DNA of 64,000 bases, taken from assembly GCA_947305505.1 (NCBI GenBank), contig CAMZDX010000001.1, forward strand, positions 22,621 to 86,620, in the 5' to 3' direction. Below are positions 57,487 through 64,000 of this stretch, in pieces. Source of the stretch: an uncultured bacterium. Lineage in GTDB: Bacteria > UBP6 > UBA1177. Both the position numbers and the translations under genes were made by a program. A model generated the notes under the pieces. That model ran no database searches and was not told the DNA's origin. It saw only the letters and a program-made list of their open reading frames with translations. Numbering within the stretch: the first letter of the stretch is position 1; each line of letters begins with the position of its first letter.

Positions 57487-58823
57487 AGAAAACACTTTTA
57501 GTGATCTTGATTCTGATTTGTTTCATAGGTTGTCGGAAAAATAGTGAAAAAAATAAAGATTTAATCACTGGCGAGAAATTTGTTGAAACAAATTCGGTTG
57601 AAAATCTTTACGACGCTGTCGTTGTCGGCGGCGGTCTTTCCGGACTGTCGGCGGCCTATAATTTGCAAAAAGAACTCGGCGAAAATGCGAAAATACTGCT
57701 TCTTGAAAAGGAAAACAGACTCGGCGGGAAGATTCTTACTAAAAAATTTAATAACGATATTTATGAACTTGGAGCTTCTTTTGATTATGGTAAAGCTTAC
57801 GCGCCAAAAGGTTTTGAACCGTCGGAACTTGTAAAACTCAGTAAAAATTATGGTGTATATTTAGACGGTACTCTATATTCTGCCGGGAACATCCCGGAAT
57901 TACTGCGAAAAATAGATCCTAAAAATGCCCGTTTTTTCAGTGAATTCGATAAAAATCAGAATATAAACAAACTCTTCGATTCAGTGTCTGATGATGTGAA
58001 AAAAGCAATAGAAAGTTCTTTTAAAGTAATTCATTTCGGAGAATTTAAAGATTATATAGACGAGAGAAAGAAAGATGCTTTTAAGACCTATAATTTGGAT
58101 TTTCATGTAAAAGGAAATTATGAGTTTTTGGATTTTTACACGAAAATTTTGAAAGGAAACTATCTTCTCGGTGCTGAAGTTGAATCTATTGAACAAAAAG
58201 GCAATGAGATTCTGGTTCAATATAAAAAAGGCAGTAAAACCAATGTGTTGAAAGCCAGAAGTGTAATTGTTGCAACTCCGGCAACAGTTACGCAAAAAAT
58301 TGTAAAAAATATGAAAGAGGAATCAGAAAATTTCGTAAAATCAGTAAGATATACAAAAACTTTTGTCGTCGTTTTTATAACAAACAGAAATAAACCGATA
58401 GATTTTTCTTATATATTGACCCCTGATAAAGTTTTCAACTTTTTTACAACTTCATTTTCTGTTGATAAAAAACGAAATATTTTCAGTATTTATTTTACAG
58501 ATGCTTTTATAAATTTGCACCAGGATTGGAAAAATGATGATTATATCAAAGCTGCATACAAAGATTTTCAATCCATGCAACTTGTTGATCTGGACATGGA
58601 TTTGCTGCACATAGATTCATGCTTTTGGGAAGAAGAAGGCCCCGTGATTTCAGAAAAAACATACAAGAATTTCAGTGAAACCGCTTTGAATCCGATTACA
58701 GGTGTCTTTCTGGCAGGCGATTACACATTTTGGAACGAATATAAAATTCCTTATGGTATTCCGCCGGCATATTTTAGCGGAAGAAAAGCCTCCAAAAAGG
58801 TTGTCGAATATTTGAAAAGATAA
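57483..58823 (+). CDS. Exported FAD-dependent oxidoreductase (amine-oxidase/protoporphyrinogen-oxidase-like) lipoprotein
   Basis: Lipoprotein signal MKKTLLVILILICFIGC. Dinucleotide-binding motif DAVVVGGGLSGLSAAYNL...LLLEKENRLGGK. Overlaps the Lgt-like gene by 4 nt. Confidence 0.7.
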   Translation: MKKTLLVILILICFIGCRKNSEKNKDLITGEKFVETNSVENLYDAVVVGGGLSGLSAAYNLQKELGENAKILLLEKENRLGGKILTKKFNNDIYELGASFDYGKAYAPKGFEPSELVKLSKNYGVYLDGTLYSAGNIPELLRKIDPKNARFFSEFDKNQNINKLFDSVSDDVKKAIESSFKVIHFGEFKDYIDERKKDAFKTYNLDFHVKGNYEFLDFYTKILKGNYLLGAEVESIEQKGNEILVQYKKGSKTNVLKARSVIVATPATVTQKIVKNMKEESENFVKSVRYTKTFVVVFITNRNKPIDFSYILTPDKVFNFFTTSFSVDKKRNIFSIYFTDAFINLHQDWKNDDYIKAAYKDFQSMQLVDLDMDLLHIDSCFWEEEGPVISEKTYKNFSETALNPITGVFLAGDYTFWNEYKIPYGIPPAYFSGRKASKKVVEYLKR

Positions 58824-58850
58824 ACATCTCGCATTTCCCAAAAAATTGAA

Positions 58851-58868
58851 TATAATAGCGCGGTTTTG
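58851..58868 (+). promoter_or_regulatory. Conserved promoter-like motif TATAATAGCGCGGTTTTG (copy 1), ~15 nt upstream of the ATG of the AlbA_2/HTH gene
   Basis: Identical 18-mer recurs at 60413-60430 upstream of the next gene. Contains a consensus TATAAT. Confidence 0.4.
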
Positions 58869-58883
58869 AATGCGTGAGGAAAC

Positions 58884-60380
58884 ATGAACGATATTTTTAG
58901 TATAGTTAAAGAGTTGTGTTCATACCCGGCGGAAAGGGAATGGTTTGAATTCAAGCACAACTGGTTTGAGCCTGAACAACTCGGTCAGTATATTTCCGCA
59001 TTATCCAACAGTGCGGCTATGGAAGGCCGCAGCAAAGCGTATTTTGTATGGGGAATAGACGACAAAACACACGATATTGTCGGAACGGATTTTGATTCTG
59101 ACTGCAACGTAAAAAATGAACCTTTGAAACATTTTCTTTTTCGCGGACTTTCGCCGGATGTAAATTTTATTTTTGAAGAAGCTGTAATCGACGGCAAAAG
59201 AATCGTGCTTCTTACGATACCGGCAGCGAAAACTGTTCCGGTATCCTTCTCAGGCGAGCGTTTTATCAGAATAGGAAGCAGCAAGGAGAATTTGCGGAAA
59301 TATCCCGAAAAAGAGTCGTATCTTTTCGAGGTTTTGCGTCACGGCTTGCCGACGATAGAAAACACTCCTTCTCAATATCAGGATCTTACATTTGAAAAAC
59401 TGCTTATTTACTACGGTGCGAAGGGGATAAGGCTGAATGAAGATACCTTCAAAAAGAATCTCGGCTTTTTTACTTATGACGGCAAATACAACATTCTTGC
59501 CCAGCTCATGGCGGACAATTCTCATTTGCCGTTAAGATTCGCAATATTTTCAGGGAAAACCAAAACATCTACATTGTTTTCCGTGCGTGAGTTCGGGTAT
59601 CAGTGCCTTTTGTATTCCCTTGACGAAGTTCTGCGTTACGGTGATGTTTTGAATATAATTCAGGCAGACGAGCGCAACCGCATAGTGGAGCGGAAAGAAA
59701 CGGCTTTGTTTGAAAACGATGCTTTCCGCGAGGCAATGATAAACGCTTTTGTGCACAACAAGTGGGTGGAAGGAAACGAACCCATGATTTCTGTGTTTTC
59801 CGACAGAATTGAGATACTTTCCCGCGGAACATTCCCGCCGGAACAGACATTGGAAGGCTTCTTTGCAGGAGAATCGGTTCCTGTAAACCAGAAACTTTCG
59901 GAGATTTTTCTGCAGTTGCACATAAGCGAAAAGACAGGGCGCGGAGTTCCGAAAGTAATCGAAAAATACGGCAGAGATGCTTATGAATTCCGGGAAAATT
60001 CGATTGTTGTAAAAATTCCGTTCAGATGGATCAATGTTTTAGGCGAAGACAATGCTCCCGAAGAGGTGAAACAGTTTAAAGTCAAAGGTGCAACTACCCC
60101 AAAAACTATACCAGAAACTATACCAGAAACTATACCAAAAACTATACCAAAAACTATACCAAAAACTATACCAAAAAACACTCAGGAAAAGATACTGAAA
60201 CTGATTGCTGAAAATCCTCGTATAACTCAAAAACAGATGGCTGAAGCCTGCGGTATTTCATTGGCAGGAATAAAGTGGCAGGTAATGCAGATGAAAGAAA
60301 AAATTGAATTTGTCGGCTCACGCAAAACGGGTTATTGGAAAATATTGTCTGAAACTGATAAAACATCAAATAATGATTGA
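58884..60380 (+). CDS. AlbA_2 ('divergent AAA'/Schlafen-like) domain protein with C-terminal winged-HTH and internal (TIPE/TIPK)6 repeat
   Basis: N-terminus ...PAEREWFEFKHNWFEPEQLGQYISALSNSAAMEGRSKAYFVWGIDDKTHDIVGT... is typical of AlbA_2/RecG-C-terminal-like putative DNA-binding proteins. C-terminus ILKLIAENPRITQKQMAEACGIS... is an HTH. Confidence 0.7.
   Translation: MNDIFSIVKELCSYPAEREWFEFKHNWFEPEQLGQYISALSNSAAMEGRSKAYFVWGIDDKTHDIVGTDFDSDCNVKNEPLKHFLFRGLSPDVNFIFEEAVIDGKRIVLLTIPAAKTVPVSFSGERFIRIGSSKENLRKYPEKESYLFEVLRHGLPTIENTPSQYQDLTFEKLLIYYGAKGIRLNEDTFKKNLGFFTYDGKYNILAQLMADNSHLPLRFAIFSGKTKTSTLFSVREFGYQCLLYSLDEVLRYGDVLNIIQADERNRIVERKETALFENDAFREAMINAFVHNKWVEGNEPMISVFSDRIEILSRGTFPPEQTLEGFFAGESVPVNQKLSEIFLQLHISEKTGRGVPKVIEKYGRDAYEFRENSIVVKIPFRWINVLGEDNAPEEVKQFKVKGATTPKTIPETIPETIPKTIPKTIPKTIPKNTQEKILKLIAENPRITQKQMAEACGISLAGIKWQVMQMKEKIEFVGSRKTGYWKILSETDKTSNND
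60105..60176 (+). repeat. 12-bp tandem repeat x6 (ACTATACCAGAA x2, ACTATACCAAAA x4) encoding TIPETIPETIPKTIPKTIPKTIPK
   Basis: Perfect in-frame tetrapeptide repeats seen in the sequence, in the linker between the AlbA_2 domain and the HTH. Confidence 0.8.
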
Positions 60381-60412
60381 CATTTTTCCTTTAGCAATTC
60401 CAAAAAACCGAG

Positions 60413-60430
60413 TATAATAGCGCGGTTTTG
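60413..60430 (+). promoter_or_regulatory. Conserved promoter-like motif TATAATAGCGCGGTTTTG (copy 2), ~13 nt upstream of ATG 60444
   Basis: Identical to 58851-58868. Confidence 0.4.
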
Positions 60431-60443
60431 TTTCGGAGATTCA

Positions 60444-60926
60444 ATGGAAATCGCAATTCTTGTCGCAACGCTCCCTTTTATCTGGTATTTTTTTAGAAAA
60501 ATAGGATTTTCCCTGATTGCTTCAATGGTTGTTGCAACAGTTTTGGAAATTGTGAATGAAACCGTGTTCGCCGATGTCGGAACTTTTTATCCGAAAGTCA
60601 TGATTCCGTTCCCGTTTTTCAATTTTCCGGTTATGATTGTTCTACTTGGAGGACTTTATTCGGGAATTATTAATTTTGCGGCTTTAAAAGTATCCAAATT
60701 TTTTAAGAAAAGATTTTTGTCGGCAAGTGTATTTCTGCTTTCAGCCGCCTTGATGAACATAATTTCAATACTTATAGAAAGTGTCGGAATTTATTCAGGA
60801 TTTTGGGTGCACAAACAGCCTTCCGGCATCTCTGCGATTTATTTCGCGGTTTATGTTTACTATCTTCTTATTGTGTTTTCGGCGTCGGTTTTTATCGTTT
60901 CCGGTTTTTTCCATAAAAAATCTTAG
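60444..60926 (+). CDS. Small membrane protein (160 aa, 4-5 TM), hypothetical
   Basis: Hydrophobic ORF with a GGAGA RBS; no motif recognised. Confidence 0.5.
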   Translation: MEIAILVATLPFIWYFFRKIGFSLIASMVVATVLEIVNETVFADVGTFYPKVMIPFPFFNFPVMIVLLGGLYSGIINFAALKVSKFFKKRFLSASVFLLSAALMNIISILIESVGIYSGFWVHKQPSGISAIYFAVYVYYLLIVFSASVFIVSGFFHKKS

Positions 60927-61020
60927 TGTCGCAATAAATCAAATTTTTTCAGGAATTGCGGGAAAACACAAAAATTTCTGCCGTTACGTAAAAAAATTGC
61001 GAAAAACATCTTTATCTTCG

Positions 61021-61110
61021 TTTATCGCTTGGAATCGTGCAAAATACGACTTGACAAAAGCTTGGAATCGTGCAAAATCAGCAAAGTTTATCGCTTGGAA
61101 TCGTGCATGA
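61021..61110 (+). promoter_or_regulatory. Three direct repeats of GCTTGGAATCGTGCA(AAAT) spaced ~33 nt apart, overlapping a TTGACA -35-like hexamer, immediately upstream of the ATPase gene
   Basis: Copies at ~61027, ~61061 and ~61093; the last ends 7 nt before RBS/ATG 61117. Confidence 0.5.
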
Positions 61111-61116
61111 GGTACC

Positions 61117-62466
61117 ATGAAACGTAAGATTTACAATGAGTTGCTTGAGTGGAAACTTAAACGGAAAGGAAAAACGGCAATAATGATTGACGGGGCAAGG
61201 CGTATCGGCAAAAGCTACATCGCCGAAGAGTTTGCTAAAAACGAATATAAATCTTACATTCTCGTCGATTTCAACCACACTGACAAACGCCTGTTCGAGA
61301 TTTTCGACAACTACATCCACGACCTCGGCATGTTTTTCATGCAACTTTCGACTTATTACGGCGTCAAGCTTTATGAACGGGATTCCCTCATCATTTTCGA
61401 CGAAGTCCAGCTTTATCCGAAAGCGAGAGCTGCAATCAAATATCTTGTTGCCGACGGAAGATACGATTACATCGAAACGGGTTCGCTTGTCAGCATAAAC
61501 CGGAATGTCAAGGAGATCGTGATTCCTTCTGAAGAACACAGGATGGCAATGTATCCTATGGATTTTGAAGAATTTCTCTGGGCGCTTGGTGATGAAACGA
61601 CGATGTCGTTTATCAGGCACTGTTTCGAACATAATCAGCCGCTTGGTCCTCTGCACCGCAAGACAATGGATCTTTTCCGTCTGTATATGATTGTCGGCGG
61701 AATGCCGCAGGCCGTCCTTACCTTCCGCGAGAAGAGAGATTTTGATGAGACCGATGCGGCAAAACGCGACATTCTTGCCCTTTACCGCGCTGACATTGAA
61801 AAATATGCCGTCGGTTACGAAAGCAAAGTCAAAAGCATTTTTGACTGGATTCCGGCAGAACTTCAGCGCCACGAAAAGCGCTTCAAACTGGCCGATCTGT
61901 CGGAAAACGCCCGTTTCCGCAGTTATGAAAGCTCCTTTTTCTGGCTTACCGATGCAAAGATCGTGAACATCTGCTATGCGGCGACCGAACCGACAGTCGG
62001 GCTGAAAATGCGTGCCGACAACACTTCGCTGAAATGTTACATGGCCGATACCGGACTGCTTATTTCCCATACTTTCGACGAAAAAGTCATCGCAAATGAA
62101 AAACTTTACAACCGCCTTCTGCTAGACAAACTTGAGATAAACAAAGGAATGCTGGTTGAAAATATCGTCGCCCAGATGCTTTGCGCAACGGGACACAAAC
62201 TTTATTTCTATTCGTCATACTCGAAAAAAGAGGCTGCCGACCGCATGGAAATTGATTTTCTCGTGCAGAAGCCCGATCTCACGAACCGCCACAATATCTC
62301 TCCGATCGAAGTCAAATCGACCACGAGATACACGACTTCATCCCTCGGAAAATTCGCCGCAAAATACGCTGAACAGCTCTCGACGCAATATGTGCTGCAC
62401 ACGGCAGATTTTCAGGAAAAGGACGGAATTCTATATCTTCCGCTTTACATGACGCCGCTGCTGTAA
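61117..62466 (+). CDS. COG1373-type ATPase (AAA_14 + DUF4143)
   Basis: MKRKIYNELLEWKLKRKGKTAIMIDGARRIGKSY... is the P-loop region and family-typical N-terminus. 449 aa. Confidence 0.75.
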   Translation: MKRKIYNELLEWKLKRKGKTAIMIDGARRIGKSYIAEEFAKNEYKSYILVDFNHTDKRLFEIFDNYIHDLGMFFMQLSTYYGVKLYERDSLIIFDEVQLYPKARAAIKYLVADGRYDYIETGSLVSINRNVKEIVIPSEEHRMAMYPMDFEEFLWALGDETTMSFIRHCFEHNQPLGPLHRKTMDLFRLYMIVGGMPQAVLTFREKRDFDETDAAKRDILALYRADIEKYAVGYESKVKSIFDWIPAELQRHEKRFKLADLSENARFRSYESSFFWLTDAKIVNICYAATEPTVGLKMRADNTSLKCYMADTGLLISHTFDEKVIANEKLYNRLLLDKLEINKGMLVENIVAQMLCATGHKLYFYSSYSKKEAADRMEIDFLVQKPDLTNRHNISPIEVKSTTRYTTSSLGKFAAKYAEQLSTQYVLHTADFQEKDGILYLPLYMTPLL

Positions 62467-62660
62467 AACTTGTTGAAAATGAAACGACTGATGATTCATA
62501 CCCTGGCGTAAAAACTTGTGTAAATTTTTGCGCATCTCCTAATCTACAAAAGTCACAGCATGGTGTGGACGCATGATGCATTTAAAAGACCTGGACGCGA
62601 CCCAGTCACCCCATCTGCCTCATGGGGAGTCCCGCCTAACGGCTCGACTTTGTCTCGATA

Positions 62661-63842
62661 TCACAAATCTTCCGAAAGAAGAAAATCCTTCATTTTTATG
62701 TGCTGAACATTGCTTGTAGAATAGTCAACATCGTCATTTGTGATTATGATTTTTTTGTCGATCTGATCCAGCTGGTTGAATGCGCTGAACTCTCTTTCGT
62801 AGGCTTTGTCGTCCGCCACGCTGTATGCAACTTGAATGTAATATTTTTTTCCTGCTTTTTCGCACAAGAAATCAATTTCCCTGCCGTTTTTGTTGAAGAC
62901 CTGCAGTTTGCAGTCACGGTAAAGCAGCTCGTTGAAAACTATATTTTCAAAATTGTGCGTCAGATCATAGCGGTTCCGCTCGCATCTTATCGAATTAAAG
63001 GCGACATCTTCATTGTAGATCTTCACATAAAAAGAAAGTTCGCGTTTTGTTTTGGCGGAATACTGCCTGATACTTTCAATAATATATGCTTCTTCGAGGT
63101 AACTCAGATATTTCATTACAGTGTTGACAGAGCATGAATCGTGTTCTTGTTTTACGTAGTCGTGGATAGATTTTACCGAGAAGATACGTGAATTCGAGCG
63201 CAGGACATAATTTACGAGAGCAACGAAAAGCGATGTTTTTTTGATCCGGTAGCGGCGGATAAGATCGTTTATTACAATGGTGTTGTCAAGATCAGTAAGA
63301 TATCTGCGGAGAGCTGTTTCATCGGGCATTTCAAGCCGTCCGGGAAAACCTCCCCAAATGATGTAGTCGCTGACTGAGACCTCTTTCCCAAGTTGGGAGG
63401 CATATTCCACAAGTTCACGATAAACAAAAGGTCTTATCCTGAAAGAGACGAAACGGCCGCTGAGTTCCTTGGTAAATTCACCTGAAAGAAGTTTCGAGTT
63501 CGAACCGGTTATAAACACCGATGTGTCGTAAAGGCGAAGCGTTTTGCAGGCATCCTGCCACCCGTCAAGCTCCTGCACCTCGTCCAAAAAGAGATAAAGT
63601 TTTTCTGGTTTTCTGTTTTCTTTGACATAATTGATCAGATCCAGGGAATTCCGGATAGTTGAAGTCGTCAGCTTGTCCTCGAAATTCAAAAAGATAACAT
63701 TTTCGTGTTTTTCTCTGATCTCATCCATGATCTGCGAAAGTATCACCGATTTTCCGCAACGCCTGATCCCTGTAATGATTTTGACAAGATCAGATTCGTA
63801 AAACGGACGAACCTGATTTATGTAATGTTCGCGTATTATCAT
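62661..63842 (-). CDS. COG1373-type ATPase (AAA_14 + DUF4143), second divergent copy
   Basis: MIIREHYINQVRPFYESDLVKIITGIRRCGKSVIL.... Start refined to ATG 63840-42 with a GGAGGTG RBS; the track start at 63881 is GTG. Confidence 0.75.
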   Translation of the reverse strand: MIIREHYINQVRPFYESDLVKIITGIRRCGKSVILSQIMDEIREKHENVIFLNFEDKLTTSTIRNSLDLINYVKENRKPEKLYLFLDEVQELDGWQDACKTLRLYDTSVFITGSNSKLLSGEFTKELSGRFVSFRIRPFVYRELVEYASQLGKEVSVSDYIIWGGFPGRLEMPDETALRRYLTDLDNTIVINDLIRRYRIKKTSLFVALVNYVLRSNSRIFSVKSIHDYVKQEHDSCSVNTVMKYLSYLEEAYIIESIRQYSAKTKRELSFYVKIYNEDVAFNSIRCERNRYDLTHNFENIVFNELLYRDCKLQVFNKNGREIDFLCEKAGKKYYIQVAYSVADDKAYEREFSAFNQLDQIDKKIIITNDDVDYSTSNVQHIKMKDFLLSEDL

Positions 63843-63866
63843 ACCACACCTCCAAAAAGATAATAC

Positions 63867-63942
63867 TGAAAACTTTTTCACATTTCAAGAAAAGTTTTCA
63901 CTGCCACTGAAAACTTTTTCGGATTTTGGTAAAAGTTTTCAG
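63867..63942. promoter_or_regulatory. Two tandem AT-rich palindromes (TGAAAACTTTTTC-N~10-GAAAAGTTTTCA, x2) upstream of the minus-strand ATPase gene; candidate operator
   Basis: Motif/inverse-motif pattern A-A'-A-A' seen at ~63867, 63888, 63908 and 63930. Confidence 0.4.
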
Positions 63943-64000
63943 TTTGTGGAAATATAAAATACTTTACGGATTTTTTCACGAATTGCGGGAGGATTATGGG

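Larger units (their letters stand above)
54216..64000. mobile_element. Putative integrase-associated accessory segment (genomic island); boundaries undefined, may extend beyond the window
   Basis: An integrase is followed by a start-less gene fragment. Then come cargo-like genes: a divergent Lgt paralog, a flavin oxidase, AlbA_2/HTH and 2x COG1373 ATPases, with repeat-rich promoters. No att repeats identified. Confidence 0.3.

Noticed and set aside
61078-62070. 330-aa minus-strand ORF overlapping the first COG1373 ATPase gene
   Set aside because: Antisense to a gene with an unambiguous P-loop N-terminus and RBS. No motif, unusual composition.
1-64000. CRISPR arrays, rRNA, tRNA genes
   Set aside because: No regularly spaced 25-40-nt direct repeats with unique spacers, and no segments with rRNA- or tRNA-like conserved blocks, were seen on either strand.

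Overview
This 64-kb window is about 45% GC and densely coding. It looks like a Fibrobacter-type (Fibrobacterota) chromosome segment. That is an inference from lipoprotein signals of the form 'MKK...SCGG', DUF1566/Fib_succ_major-like C-terminal domains and many Cys-rich secreted paralogs; no database search was possible. Housekeeping genes are interleaved with lineage-specific secreted or lipoprotein genes: panC, folK, der, mltG, a Hanks kinase, a sigma54 NtrC/HK pair, an OPT transporter, a SEDS (RodA/FtsW) protein, MoxR, a pseudouridine synthase, aspartate kinase and dnaX. Four loci stand out. (i) At 2.3-8.4 kb, two tandem ~685-aa paralogs bracket a B12-binding radical SAM enzyme and a RelE/ParE-fold small protein, all on the minus strand. 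The 3' halves of the paralogs are nearly identical at DNA level. (ii) At 31-37.6 kb there is a plus-strand operon of MoxR AAA+, an exported metallophosphoesterase, a DUF1565-like/Gly-rich lipoprotein and a helical protein. (iii) At 38-54 kb, a type III PKS-like gene is translationally coupled (TAATG) to a pseudouridine synthase. The same region holds GT-C-like membrane proteins, an LtaS-like sulfatase and a stand-alone PfaA-like type I PKS (KS-AT-ACP-KR-DH) 29 nt downstream of a tyrosine integrase. (iv) At 54-64 kb an integrase-associated accessory segment holds a start-less ~1-kb Cys-rich ORF, a divergent Lgt-like protein, an exported flavin oxidase, an AlbA_2/HTH protein with a (TIPE/K)6 repeat, and two convergent COG1373 ATPases with repeat-rich promoters. 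No rRNA, tRNA or CRISPR arrays were seen. Start coordinates were refined by eye using RBS and signal-peptide logic, and short-motif coordinates may be off by 1-2 nt.
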